A stretch of DNA of 63,545 bases, filler included, from Nitrospinae bacterium RIFCSPLOWO2_12_FULL_45_22 (GTDB taxonomy: Bacteria; 2-12-FULL-45-22), in assembly GCA_001803565.1 (NCBI GenBank). It is 8 parts of 8 records of this genome, joined end to end, with 100 filler letters (N's around TTAATTAATTAA, not from the genome) between each part and the next. Parts side by side here need not be neighbours in the genome. Positions count along the whole stretch, not along the records: positions 1 to 8,815 come from MHDQ01000139.1; positions 8,916 to 18,327 come from MHDQ01000140.1; 6 more parts are not named here. One strand, written 5' to 3'. Below are positions 1 through 9,352 of this stretch, piece after piece (position 1 is the stretch's first letter; every line of letters starts with the position of its first letter). The notes beneath the pieces are model-generated. The model was not told where the DNA came from, did no database searches, and saw only the letters and a program-made list of their open reading frames with translations. The translations under genes and the position numbers were made by a program.

Positions 1-1435
1 AAACATAATCTGGCCCACTGATCTCTGGCTTAGTCCTTCCATCATTGGTAGGGCCTTGGGAACTAAAGGACTCCTGCGGCCCGGTTGTCCAAAACCAGTA
101 GCCAATGGCGGCAACGGCCATTACCCCTGCAGCATCTGCCGGGTTAGATAAACTACTCGAGGCAACCGCTGGTGTTAAGTCATGGTTCCAACTATATACC
201 TCCAGTTGATGATTTGATGTAGCATTGTACTTGTAGATAGAAAGATAGTAAGTGCCGGTATTGGGTACGGAATAAGAAATTGATTCTGTTGGCGATTGCG
301 TCCCCGTCTGGCGGTTCAGGCTTGATGCGAGGACCTCGGTTAATGAACTATTATAAAGATAGAAATCATAATCCTGATTGGTAGTGGGCCAGGCATTCCA
401 TGTAATAGCGACTTCAATGGTGTCACCAGCCGTTGCTGAAATATTTATCGTCTCATCATTAGCTGATACATTGTGCCACCCATCACCATCAGAATCTGTA
501 AAAGTCCCTTCATAATGCCCCTTTGCAGCATTTCCTATTGAATTAACCCATAAAATACCATTTGAATAGGCCTTATCGGCTGTGCAGACCGGGTTGACGT
601 TATAACACTCCCCACGATAAAAATTGGTGTTCGACCATGCGACAGAGTGATTTATTATTTTAATCCCATTGCTGATACAGTAGTCTTTAGCATCCTTCAA
701 ATCCAATCTGTCATCAATCTTTATAAGGTAAAGCTGGGCCCCAGGGGCCATGTCGTAAACCACCTCAGCAACACCTGTTCCATGTTTACCTGTCTCTAAA
801 GAAAAGTCAGTTGATACGCAACTTATACCTGTACAATCGACCTTTACCACATTGCTTGGTAGTTCACCGCTGGATATAGCGGAAGATAAACCAGCAAACC
901 CTAAATCTATTACCGCAACCTTTACACCTGAACCGGTATACCCAGCAGAATGATAAGAGGAAGCCCCGGTCAAACTCACCCCCTGGCTCTGAGTTAATGG
1001 TACGGGTCTGTCTGGCAGTCTAATATATGAGATCGCTTTGACATCAGCTATCTGTCTCAGCCTATTAATCGGGACATCTGCCTTTAATACATTATCAGCA
1101 CTTTTGATAATATTAGCTCCATAGGCACGGAGTAATTTTTTATCAATTGCATCAGTAGTTTTACCAATCTCTGAGATCAAAAATACCGTGACTTTATCTT
1201 GGTCTTTGACTCTTATATCTCTCTTCATCGCAAATTCTTGTCCTGTCACTGTATTTTTTTCATATTCTTCTTGTAACTCTGTCAGAACGCTTTCTAGTTT
1301 AGGGTGTATTCCTTTTTTTTCTGAGACCATATTCAATCCTTTAGCACTGGCAACCGAGGCGAAGGAAATAGTTAGCAGCAAGATTGTGGTGGTACCAAAT
1401 ATCGGCAGCAACTCTTGATACCTGTTACCATACAT
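1..1435 (-). CDS. Secreted S8 (subtilisin-like) serine peptidase, 3' end runs off the window
   Basis: Not in the ORF track; hand translation from ATG 1435 (AGGAG RBS): signal peptide MYGNRYQELLPIFGTTTILLLTISFASVASA, prodomain, catalytic Asp motif GYTGSGVKVAVIDLGF, His motif HGTGVAEVVYDMAPGA, and FSSQGPTNDGRTKPEISGP near position 1. Confidence 0.85.
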   Translation of the reverse strand, partial: MYGNRYQELLPIFGTTTILLLTISFASVASAKGLNMVSEKKGIHPKLESVLTELQEEYEKNTVTGQEFAMKRDIRVKDQDKVTVFLISEIGKTTDAIDKKLLRAYGANIIKSADNVLKADVPINRLRQIADVKAISYIRLPDRPVPLTQSQGVSLTGASSYHSAGYTGSGVKVAVIDLGFAGLSSAISSGELPSNVVKVDCTGISCVSTDFSLETGKHGTGVAEVVYDMAPGAQLYLIKIDDRLDLKDAKDYCISNGIKIINHSVAWSNTNFYRGECYNVNPVCTADKAYSNGILWVNSIGNAAKGHYEGTFTDSDGDGWHNVSANDETINISATAGDTIEVAITWNAWPTTNQDYDFYLYNSSLTEVLASSLNRQTGTQSPTESISYSVPNTGTYYLSIYKYNATSNHQLEVYSWNHDLTPAVASSSLSNPADAAGVMAVAAIGYWFWTTGPQESFSSQGPTNDGRTKPEISGPDYV

Positions 1436-1446
1436 CTTTTTTTCTC

Positions 1447-1881
1447 CTATGGCTTTGTGGGTTTGTCGGGGAGGCTAATTGACCAGATAATAGGTTCCTT
1501 TGACAATGGAATTAGTTTATCTATGGGGACCAGTGCTCTTAATAAATTGTTCGATGTTTTCTCGATATCTATATTGAGGCTTTTAACTAATTTTGACCTA
1601 TCTAATTTTGTAGAAGATGGATCCATGTAGATAAATACTCTTACCTTTCCTTCCTGTAAAAAAATGTTATGGTTCTTTGCAAAATTCTCTCGGTCTGGTG
1701 ATATAGCTAGTTCATAAAGAATTGAAGTAAGCTTTAACTCCTTTGGAGGTTTTTGCTTCTCCAATCCCTCTGGAGGTGGGCTAAGTTGTTGAGCAAATAG
1801 CAAATATACAAACAGGTATTGGGAAAATAGGAAATATACTGTGGGAAAACGGGTGCTTTTCTTTTTTATACCACTTTCCAT
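1447..1881 (-). CDS. Exported stand-alone paralog of the subtilase propeptide (putative inhibitor/folding chaperone)
   Basis: Hydrophobic N-terminus; aligns by eye with the prodomain of the downstream S8 (KLTSILYEL/KLESVLTEL; KVRVFI/KVTVFL; NLLRALVPIDKL/NVLKADVPINRL; ISLPDKP/IRLPDRP). Confidence 0.65.
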   Translation of the reverse strand: MESGIKKKSTRFPTVYFLFSQYLFVYLLFAQQLSPPPEGLEKQKPPKELKLTSILYELAISPDRENFAKNHNIFLQEGKVRVFIYMDPSSTKLDRSKLVKSLNIDIEKTSNNLLRALVPIDKLIPLSKEPIIWSISLPDKPTKP

Positions 1882-2262
1882 GTATGCCTTAACCTTAAAA
1901 AGGTTATTTTATGGCGAATTAGGGGTAACTTCTTGGGTACCAAATAGCCAAAACACAGAGTGAATAGGGGCCTATTGCGGGGTAAATAGAGAGATTTAAC
2001 CATTTCCCTACCCTCCAATTTCAATTAAGGAAAGGATAGATTTATGGGCTTTTGGAAGATTTTCTTGGGTGCAATATCTGAAAGTTTTTATATCAGGTCT
2101 TAGAAACCGTGTCAACAAAAATCTTGGTGGCGATTAGCCAATAACTCGGTAGTAACTACCCCCCCTCCCTGGCTTTCCAGTCCCGATAGAGGGTAGGACT
2201 AAAATCTTGTTTACATTCAAGGCATGAGTCAGGAAGGAATTTTGCAGACAAGATAAATAGGT

Positions 2263-2291
2263 TTGCCTCAGGAGGTCATAAGCATTATAAT
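2263..2291 (+). promoter_or_regulatory. Sigma-70 promoter of the TA operon
   Basis: TTGCCT-N17-TATAAT about 50 nt upstream of ATG 2342. Confidence 0.55.
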
Positions 2292-2341
2292 AAGTTCCAG
2301 GTGGTAACTATTCTTGTAAGGATAATAGCAAAGGATAAGCA

Positions 2342-2545
2342 ATGAAAAAGACAGTAAAAAAACGATATATTGTAGATGAGAAAGGCAAAAAAACAGCCGT
2401 AATTATCCCTATAAAAGAATACCAAAAAGTGGTAAAAGAGCTGGAGGAATTAGAAGATATCCGCCTGATAGAAGAAGCCAAGAAAGAACCCTCAAGGCCT
2501 TTTAGTGAGTTTGATAAAGAGCTAAAGGAAAAGGGCCTTGTATAA
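2342..2545 (+). CDS. Type II antitoxin
   Basis: 67 aa, YIVDEKGKKTAVIIPIKEY..ELEELEDIR pattern; overlaps the downstream RelE-type toxin. Confidence 0.75.
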   Translation: MKKTVKKRYIVDEKGKKTAVIIPIKEYQKVVKELEELEDIRLIEEAKKEPSRPFSEFDKELKEKGLV

Positions 2546-2810
2546 GCTCTATATAAAGCCCAGGGCCGAAAAAGATATCTTAGCTTTGCCTAAAGATTAT
2601 ATTCCTCTCATTAGAACAAAGATCCTCTCCTTAGCCAATGATCCATATCCTAAAGGCTGGAAAAAAATTAAAGGTAAGCCTAGTTGCTGCCGTATACGAC
2701 AAGGTCCCTATCGGATATTATATGAAGTAGACCAAGATAATAATATCCTTACTATCCTAGCTGTCCCCCATAGANNNNNNNNNNNNAGAGGAAAAGCATA
2801 TAGGGATTAA
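2538..2810 (+). CDS. RelE/ParE-family toxin (contains a 12-N gap at 2775-2786)
   Basis: YKLYIKPRAEKDI...PYPKGWKKIKG..CRIRQGPYRILYEVD..ILAVPHR. Confidence 0.85.
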   Translation: MYKLYIKPRAEKDILALPKDYIPLIRTKILSLANDPYPKGWKKIKGKPSCCRIRQGPYRILYEVDQDNNILTILAVPHRXXXXRGKAYRD

Positions 2811-3119
2811 CCCTCACTCTTTCCCGCATTGTGCCACCGTTTGCCCATTGGCCCAAATAGCCCCGTTGTTACCTAGGGCAATGGGGGGTAAGGTGGGTCA
2901 GATCATTTCCTGGCCTTCTTGGGCCGTTTTTTGTAGCTTCTTTTCCTGGGTATCGCCGATATATTCCATAATATATCCCCTACTTGGCAATCAAGGGCCT
3001 GTATTACCTCCATATTATATAGGGCGGTTATTGTTTCCAATAAAACAGGGTGCGTTACACAAAACTACCCCTAGGATTATACCTAAAAAAATAACGAGCA
3101 CGAAGATTATATTTTTCCC

Positions 3120-3167
3120 TTGACATGATGTTACTAAAGTATTATAATTTAATTACATTTGTAATTA
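3120..3167 (+). promoter_or_regulatory. Consensus sigma-70 promoter with an adjacent palindromic operator
   Basis: TTGACA(3120)-N17-TATAAT(3143), followed by TAATTACA-tt-TGTAATTA (3150-3167) just before the XRE gene. Confidence 0.7.
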
Positions 3168-3182
3168 TAAAATGAGGTAACC

Positions 3183-3674
3183 ATGTTCAGTAAAGAAAAG
3201 TTAAAAAAGATTAGAACCGAGAAAAGGCTTACCCGGAAGAAACTGGCCGAGATAACAGGTCTCCATTTAATGACCATAGCCTCTTATGAAGCCGGGACAA
3301 GAGAACCTAAAGCGGAACCATTAAGACGGATAGCAAAGGCCTTTAAATTAAGTATGGAAGATTTTTTTGATGATGAGGAAGAACCCATTGAGGTAAGACC
3401 TCTGGAGCCCATAGTAGAGAAGATAAAAGAGGTAGCAGAAAGACGGCGGCTGACCCTGCCCAAGGACATTTATCCCTTGTTCTTGTTCCAGGAGGCCCTA
3501 GGGATAGAGGATAATGAGGTATTTGCCCATATCCTATTAGCTTTGGCCAGGGGTAGGATAATAGAGCTTATCCCGATATTTCCTCGTGACATCAAAGAAG
3601 GGATGAAGGTCTACCAGGTACCAGAATTAGGTAAAAAGAAGTATTATTCATTCACCATGACACAAAGGGGATAG
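3183..3674 (+). CDS. XRE/Cro-CI family HTH transcriptional regulator
   Basis: LKKIRTEKRLTRKKLAEITGLHLMTIASYEAGTREPKAEPLRRIAKAF. Confidence 0.85.
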   Translation: MFSKEKLKKIRTEKRLTRKKLAEITGLHLMTIASYEAGTREPKAEPLRRIAKAFKLSMEDFFDDEEEPIEVRPLEPIVEKIKEVAERRRLTLPKDIYPLFLFQEALGIEDNEVFAHILLALARGRIIELIPIFPRDIKEGMKVYQVPELGKKKYYSFTMTQRG

Positions 3675-3773
3675 GGAAGCTAGCCCCGACAAGGGTAGGT
3701 TAAACCTTGGTACCTATCTTTCCCCTTTACTCACAAAAGCCAGGGTAAAAACCCTAACCAGGGAGGGATCATC

Positions 3774-4898
3774 ATGGCCTACCTTAGAAGCTACCACACC
3801 CAAAAAGGTATTAAGTATCTTATCCGTGAAGGCAGCAAAGATATAGCTAACCTGGGATATTGCACCAGAAGGGAAGCAGAAAAGTCCCTTAAGCAGGTAT
3901 CCCAGGAGATAGCCAGACAGAAGCTTAACCGTAAATTTCACTTAAGGGATGACAAACTGCTATTTTCTGATTATCTGGATATCTACATTGACAATTATCT
4001 AGGCCGGAAAGCCCCTGAGACCAGGATATCAGAGCTTAAGGCCATAGCGAAATTTAAGAATTTATTTGGTCATATACCCCTAGCAGAATTACAGAAGGCA
4101 GACATAGAGCAATATATAAACTGGCGCCTTGCCTACAAAAAGAAAAACGGCGACCCTGTTTCCCCTAAGTCTATCGAGGTAGAATTAGGCTACCTCAAAC
4201 TGATACTCAATAAAGCCGTTGACGACGCATATCTAAATGTTTCACCTTATAAACCCAGCATAAAGGCCCCGAAAATAGATAAGCCTCTCCCCAGGTTCTT
4301 AACTGTTCAGGAATGTCAAACCTTGCTGGATACTTGCAGTGCACATCTAAGGTCAATACTTCTCTTAGACGTCCTTACTGGATTACGCAAAGGGGAATTG
4401 TTACGGCTTAAATTCTCTGAGATAGACTTTGACCGGAAGGTAATAGCAGTAGTATCTGAGCCTAACAGGCACACCAAAAACAGACGGAGCCGGTTGATTG
4501 ACCTTCATCCTACAGCATTAGAAGAGTTAAGATTTCTGACCACTAATTGGCCCCACCCATCCCTTAATAAATATCTACCCAGGCAGAAACATCAAATAGA
4601 GTATGTTTTTTGCCATGAGGATGGTAACCCTTTTAAAGAGATAAAGAGGTCCTTTGGCAGAGCAAAAAGAATAGCGGGCTTGGAGGGGATTAAATTCCAT
4701 GACCTTAGAAAAACTTTTGTCTCCTGGCTAGCCCAAACAGGCACTCACCCAAAGGTAGCCATGATGCTAGCCGGTCACTCTGATGTAAAAATAACGATGG
4801 ATGTCTATACAGGAATAAGCAGGGATGAAATGAAGCAAGCAATAAACAGCTTACCAAGTTTTGATAGCAGCAAAAAATTACGGGTGATAAGCGGCTAA
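3774..4898 (+). CDS. Phage-type tyrosine recombinase/integrase
   Basis: Catalytic set GLRKGEL, TKN, FHDLRKTF, AGHS, DVY; next to a tRNA. Confidence 0.93.
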   Translation: MAYLRSYHTQKGIKYLIREGSKDIANLGYCTRREAEKSLKQVSQEIARQKLNRKFHLRDDKLLFSDYLDIYIDNYLGRKAPETRISELKAIAKFKNLFGHIPLAELQKADIEQYINWRLAYKKKNGDPVSPKSIEVELGYLKLILNKAVDDAYLNVSPYKPSIKAPKIDKPLPRFLTVQECQTLLDTCSAHLRSILLLDVLTGLRKGELLRLKFSEIDFDRKVIAVVSEPNRHTKNRRSRLIDLHPTALEELRFLTTNWPHPSLNKYLPRQKHQIEYVFCHEDGNPFKEIKRSFGRAKRIAGLEGIKFHDLRKTFVSWLAQTGTHPKVAMMLAGHSDVKITMDVYTGISRDEMKQAINSLPSFDSSKKLRVISG

Positions 4899-5200
4899 AA
4901 GAGACCCCAGAGGTATCAGATAGGCAGATCGCTAAAGGACTAGGTATAGGTAGCCACCATACCGTTACAAACGTGAGAGAAGAACTAGAGACATGTGGGC
5001 AGATTGCCCACGTCGAAACGTCTACCGATACCCTAGGCCGGCAGCAACCCCGGCACCGCAATACTATAGCTATTCAGTGGACAGGGGATTACTCATCCTA
5101 CTGTGGCAACTGTTAGAAAAGAGTTGGAAGGAAAGGGGCAGGTGTCCAGATTGGACACCTCACAGGGAAAAGACGGTAAAGAGTATCCCCGCCAGCGTAA
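4895..5200 (+). pseudogene. Two tandem relics of an HTH module (SDRQIAxxLG..HxTVxxVRxELE..GxDGKxYP type)
   Basis: Start-less frame LKETPEVSDRQIAKGLGIGSHHTVTNVREELETCGQ..DTLGRQQPR, then in another frame GITHPTVATVRKELEGKGQVSRLDTSQGKDGKEYPR. Confidence 0.5.
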
Positions 5201-5346
5201 TATTCTCATGCCATATCTTCCCCAGGGAGAGATAGCTCAGGATAAATCGTTTGCTGACAAAGAAAGCATAGAAGATATTCTTGATCTCCCGTCCTGTAAA
5301 AAAATTCTATACAACAAGAGGAAAAGGGGACATCCGAGACAATATC

Positions 5347-5365
5347 ACGCCATAGGTACGCCATA
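5347..5365. repeat. Tandem ACGCCATA direct repeat, candidate integrase arm-type sites
   Basis: ACGCCATA at 5347-5354 and 5358-5365 (11-bp phase), about 45 nt inside the tRNA 3' end. Confidence 0.4.
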
Positions 5366-5368
5366 AAA

Positions 5369-5402
5369 TGAAAAGGGATTCGAGCAATTGCCCAAATCCC
5401 TT
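5369..5402 (-). terminator. Terminator-like hairpin after tRNA-Asn
   Basis: AAGGGATT...AATCCCTT stem followed by a T-run on the minus strand. Confidence 0.5.
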
Positions 5403-5410
5403 GATTTTAT

Positions 5411-5486
5411 TGGCTCCACGGGAGGGACTCGAACCCCCGACCAAGTGGTTAACAGCCACCCGCTCTGCCGACTGAGCTACCGTGGA
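5411..5486 (-). tRNA. tRNA-Asn (GTT)
   Basis: TCCACGGTAGCTCAGTCGGCAGAGCGGGTGGCTGTTAACCACTTGGTCGGGGGTTCGAGTCCCTCCCGTGGAGCCA; cloverleaf, TTCGA T-loop, CCA end. Confidence 0.97.
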
Positions 5487-5564
5487 ATCCAAGGTATCTT
5501 TTCCCAAATTATTCTCTACTGGATACTAGAGGCTACGAATAGGTCAGCTCGTTTAGTTTATTTT

Positions 5565-6527
5565 TTAGCACTGATGACTTTGACTGTCAAGGTTTTTTTG
5601 ATCCTCACCACATAGCGCCAAAAGCTTTTCCCACTGGTGATCCGCAGCCTTCTGGAGTTCTTCTAGAATAGCCTGATTCTCTGGCCGGAAGAGGTGGGCA
5701 AACCTTCCCTGGGGCTTCAGGTATTCTACTAGTGGACGCTTATCTTTGGGCTTATAGTTCAGGCGATATACCCCATTCTCTACCTCATATAAGGGCCAAA
5801 AGCAGGTCTCTACTGCCAGCCTTGCCAGTTCAATGGCACTATCCACCGCGGTGCGCCAACCCCGATGGCAGGGGGCCAAGACATTTATGAAACTAGGCCC
5901 CTCAACAGCCAGGGCCTTTCGGGTCTTGGTAGTAAGGTCTCGCCAGTGACTGGGTACCGATTGGGCTACATAGGGAATATTATGAGCAGCAACAATAGCA
6001 GTCAGGTCTTTTCGGTGCTGCATCTTTCCAGGGATGACCTGGCCCGCCGGGCTGGTGGTGGTAGATGCACCCAATGGGGTAGAGCTGGAGCGCTGAATGC
6101 CAGTATTCATATAAGCCTCGTTGTTGTAGCAGACATAGAGAAAAGTATGGCCCCGCTCTAGGGCCCCGGATAGGGACTGTAAACCTATATCATAGGTACC
6201 CCCGTCCCCGCCAAAGGCAATAAATTTTATTTTTTTATCGGCAGGTATTTTCCCCTGTTTCTTTAGCGATCGGTACATGGATTCTACACCGGCTATGGTA
6301 GCAGCGGCATTCTCAAAGGCACTATGGAACCAGGGTACTCGCCATGAAGTATAGGGATAGATGCTGGTAGCGACTTCCACACACCCAGTGGCATTAGCCA
6401 ATACAACTGGGTCTTCAGCCGCTAACAGTATCTGCCTGATAGCAACTGGCGCCCCACAACCGGCACAGAGCCTATGTCCACCCGCTAATAGCTCTTCTTT
6501 CTGCGATAATTCTTTTAAAGTTACCAT
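5565..6527 (-). CDS. porB: Pyruvate/2-oxoacid:ferredoxin oxidoreductase beta subunit (TPP-binding)
   Basis: GHRLCAGCG, ATGCVEV, GGDGGTYDIG, NNEAYMNTGIQRS. Confidence 0.93.
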   Translation of the reverse strand: MVTLKELSQKEELLAGGHRLCAGCGAPVAIRQILLAAEDPVVLANATGCVEVATSIYPYTSWRVPWFHSAFENAAATIAGVESMYRSLKKQGKIPADKKIKFIAFGGDGGTYDIGLQSLSGALERGHTFLYVCYNNEAYMNTGIQRSSSTPLGASTTTSPAGQVIPGKMQHRKDLTAIVAAHNIPYVAQSVPSHWRDLTTKTRKALAVEGPSFINVLAPCHRGWRTAVDSAIELARLAVETCFWPLYEVENGVYRLNYKPKDKRPLVEYLKPQGRFAHLFRPENQAILEELQKAADHQWEKLLALCGEDQKNLDSQSHQC

Positions 6528-6547
6528 CTATTTGAACCCCTTTCTAC

Positions 6548-7729
6548 TTATTCTCTCACGGTTAGATAATCCACCAGTTTGGTTATCTGACCATTAGAAG
6601 CGATCTTTTGCAATTCTTGATAAACCCTCTCAATATCTTCTAGCCCTAGATCCCTACCGCCTAAACCGTAGATATAATTGATCACTTTGGGTGGTTTTTT
6701 CAGGTCGAATAAGGCTGACCTCACTTCATTAAATACCGGCCCACCTACCGCCCCAAAGGAATCAGACCGGTCTAATACGGCTAATACCTTTAGGTTTTTC
6801 AGGCTCTCAGCCAGCTCTTCAAGGGGGAAAGGTCTAAATACCCGCAGTTTTAAGAGACCGGCTTTAACACCTTCAGCCCGTAGCTTATCCACTACGGCCT
6901 GGGCAGTCCCTCCAGCCGACCCTAAAACCAAAATGGCTATCTCAGCATCTTTCAGGCAATATTCCCTAAAGAAGCCATATCCCCTGCCAGACAGGGCTTT
7001 AAACTCTTCAGCTATTTCCAGGATAACTTCTTTGGCATTCTTCATGGCCTCTACCTGTTGGCGTTTATGCTCAGTATAATAATCTTGCAAGTCTATTGGA
7101 CCATAAGTCACCGGGTGTTCGGTATCAAGAAGGGGATAATAAGAAACATGCGGCCCAATAAACCTCTGTATTTTTTCGTCATCTAAAAGTTCCATCCTCT
7201 CTATAGAATGGCTAATGATAAAACCATCAAGACAAACCATTACCGGCAGCCGTACCCCACTATACTGCCCGATCCTGATGGCCTGAATAAGGTTATCATA
7301 AGCCTCCTGGGCATTCTCGGAATAGATTTGAATCCAACCAGAGTCACGGGCCCCCATAGAGTCGCTGTGATCACAATGGATATTTAGGGGTGCATTCAAA
7401 GCCCTATTAACCACGGTCATTACTATGGGCAGCCGGGAGCTCGCAGCTACGTATAGCATCTCCCACATCAGGGCCAGCCCCTGGGAAGAGGTAGCAGTCA
7501 TGACCCTTCCACCGGCTGCTGAAGCACCTATACAGGCACTCATAGCACTATGCTCACTCTCTACCGCTACCAACTCACTAGCCACTAAGCCATCGGCTAC
7601 AAAATTAGCAAATTCTTGCATAATCTCCGTAGAAGGGGTAATAGGATATGCGGCACATACATCGGGATTTATTTGCCTCATAGCCTCTGCTATGGCTATG
7701 TTCCCGGTCATTGCAACTATTTTACCCAC
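6548..7729 (-). CDS. porA: Pyruvate/2-oxoacid:ferredoxin oxidoreductase alpha subunit
   Basis: AAYPITPST, VESEHSAMS, TATSSQGLALM, YGLGGRD. Confidence 0.93.
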   Translation of the reverse strand: MGKIVAMTGNIAIAEAMRQINPDVCAAYPITPSTEIMQEFANFVADGLVASELVAVESEHSAMSACIGASAAGGRVMTATSSQGLALMWEMLYVAASSRLPIVMTVVNRALNAPLNIHCDHSDSMGARDSGWIQIYSENAQEAYDNLIQAIRIGQYSGVRLPVMVCLDGFIISHSIERMELLDDEKIQRFIGPHVSYYPLLDTEHPVTYGPIDLQDYYTEHKRQQVEAMKNAKEVILEIAEEFKALSGRGYGFFREYCLKDAEIAILVLGSAGGTAQAVVDKLRAEGVKAGLLKLRVFRPFPLEELAESLKNLKVLAVLDRSDSFGAVGGPVFNEVRSALFDLKKPPKVINYIYGLGGRDLGLEDIERVYQELQKIASNGQITKLVDYLTVRE

Positions 7730-7857
7730 TTTTTCCTCCTCTATATCTTCTCCCGGTTAATAGATTGCAATAGATACTATTACCGAGGGTTGCTTTAAAT
7801 GAGGGATTTTTGGTAAGGACAGCCTATAGTCTGGCATCATCGAGAGAGGCAACTAGA

Positions 7858-8157
7858 TCAATATTCAGCAAATTCTGCCTCTTCCACCATAGTGATGGCC
7901 TGGACTTTCGGTGGACACTCTTTGGCACATATCCCGCAGCCTTTACAATGCTCCAGATCTACACCCACTACTTTACCATCCTCCACAATAACGGAAGAAT
8001 CGGGGCAATAGACCCAGCACAAAAGGCAATGGATACATTTAGCCTCATCCCTAATGGGCCGGAAGCTACGCCACGAGCCGGTTTGATATTCTTCGGAATT
8101 ACCTGCCTCTATGATTAATCCCCCGATAGGGATTTCTTTCCATCCTTTTAGTCTCAC
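7858..8157 (-). CDS. porD: Oxidoreductase delta subunit (2x[4Fe-4S])
   Basis: TGSWRSFRP, CIHCLLCWVYCP, CKGCGICAKECP. Confidence 0.93.
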   Translation of the reverse strand: MRLKGWKEIPIGGLIIEAGNSEEYQTGSWRSFRPIRDEAKCIHCLLCWVYCPDSSVIVEDGKVVGVDLEHCKGCGICAKECPPKVQAITMVEEAEFAEY

Positions 8158-8726
8158 CCTTCCTGAACCTCCTGATAAGCCCTCTCAATACCTTTAATAT
8201 TGGCCTCTATCACTTTAGGATTAAATTTCTTGCTGAAGTTTTTCCTGACCTGCTCTAACAAGGCATCAATGCCCACCTCATTAGTAGCCCTGGCCAGCGC
8301 CCCTAGCATAGGCGTATTAGGCATAGGCCGGCCCAATGTTTCTATTGAAATCTTAGTAGCATCTACGGTATATACCTTACGCCGCCCCGCCTTTAATCTC
8401 TTTCGCATTTCGTCTGCCGATTTGGGGGTATTGATAATAACGATCCCATCCTCCGGCACCCCTTCAAGAATATCTACTACCCCGATTAAGGTTGGGTCTA
8501 CCACAATCACCACCTTAGGGTGGGTAACCTGACAGTGTATGGTCAGCAGATGATCACTGATACGGTTATAGGCTTTAACGGGTGCCCCCATCCTTTCTGG
8601 ACCATATTCTGGAAAGGCTTGCACATACTTACCATTTCCTAACATAGTTTCAGCAAGGAGTTTAGCAGCCGTAACTGTCCCTTGACCACCCCGGCCATGC
8701 CACCTAAACTCCATAAAATCAGTCAT
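8154..8726 (-). CDS. porG: Oxidoreductase gamma subunit
   Basis: RWHGRGGQGTVTAA, AFPEYGPERMGAP, PNTPMLGA. Confidence 0.92.
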   Translation of the reverse strand: MTDFMEFRWHGRGGQGTVTAAKLLAETMLGNGKYVQAFPEYGPERMGAPVKAYNRISDHLLTIHCQVTHPKVVIVVDPTLIGVVDILEGVPEDGIVIINTPKSADEMRKRLKAGRRKVYTVDATKISIETLGRPMPNTPMLGALARATNEVGIDALLEQVRKNFSKKFNPKVIEANIKGIERAYQEVQEG

Positions 8727-8769
8727 TAATCTCTCCCCTTTACTCTTTGTCCTTAATTTCCGCTGAAAA

Positions 8770-8807
8770 CCCTTATCTCAGGATTAACGCCCCCGCTGAG
8801 ATAAGGG
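8770..8807 (-). terminator. Hairpin, probable terminator of an upstream gene
   Basis: CCCTTATCTCAG/CTGAGATAAGGG 12-bp stem followed by TTTT on the minus strand. Confidence 0.5.
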
Positions 8808-8815
8808 ATTATAAA

Positions 8816-8915
8816 NNNNNNNNNNNNNNNNNNNNNNNNNNNNNNNNNNNNNNNNNNNNTTAATTAATTAANNNNNNNNNNNNNNNNNNNNNNNNNNNNN
8901 NNNNNNNNNNNNNNN
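8816..8915. other. Artificial contig linker (same at 18328-18427, 24504-24603, 30682-30781, 36836-36935, 44086-44185, 51364-51463)
   Basis: N44-TTAATTAATTAA-N44, stops in all six frames. Confidence 0.98.
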
Positions 8916-9234
8916 TAAATACTCCCATGCTTATCAGCCCGCGACTTATCCAGGAGGATTGCGGACAGGTCACCATGCGCCAGAACCGTAGGGGATGGCC
9001 CAGGAAGGCCAGGTGGGCACCACCGGAGGCTATAGCTACTACCAGGATACTAATGACTAGCCCCGGGATATAATCGTTAAGCCAGGAAATAAACCAGGTA
9101 CCTGCCCCTATGCCGGAAAAGAAATGGCCCAGTACCAGGAGAAGTCCTCGCTTCTCTATCCATTCCCTCTGGGGCCGCAGGGGGTTCCATAGGTCTTCAT
9201 GTATCTTATCAAAAGGGTCAGCCAATATCTTCAT
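8916..9234 (-). CDS. DmsC/NrfD-like membrane anchor (PadD-like), truncated by contig end
   Basis: TM helices with HLAFLGHPLRFWRMV..SSWISRG motif; follows the Fe-S and Mo subunits. Confidence 0.8.
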
Positions 9235-9352
9235 ATCCTAGCTCCTCTGAGACAAACTATGTTTATTCTCTTATTCAGGTCATTGCGTTATTAGGTTATT
9301 ACGACCCTCAATAACTCAGTAACCCAATGACCCAATAACCTAATTACCTAAA

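Larger units (their letters stand above)
1..5410. mobile_element. Probable integrative element/genomic island inserted at the 3' end of tRNA-Asn (left boundary not in window)
   Basis: Tyrosine integrase, XRE repressor, TA pair and cargo directly downstream of the tRNA 3' end; no second att copy seen in the window. Confidence 0.6.

Noticed and set aside
2848-3123. 91-aa ORF between the TA pair and XRE
   Set aside because: No RBS or motif, and it runs into the XRE promoter; probably non-coding
5307-5615. ORFs 5307-5507 and 5388-5615
   Set aside because: Shadow translations of tRNA-Asn
8816-8915. Recurrent TTAATTAATTAA within N-runs, and ORF tails reading X..LIN
   Set aside because: Artificial contig linker; not a biological repeat, and genes across linkers are not neighbours
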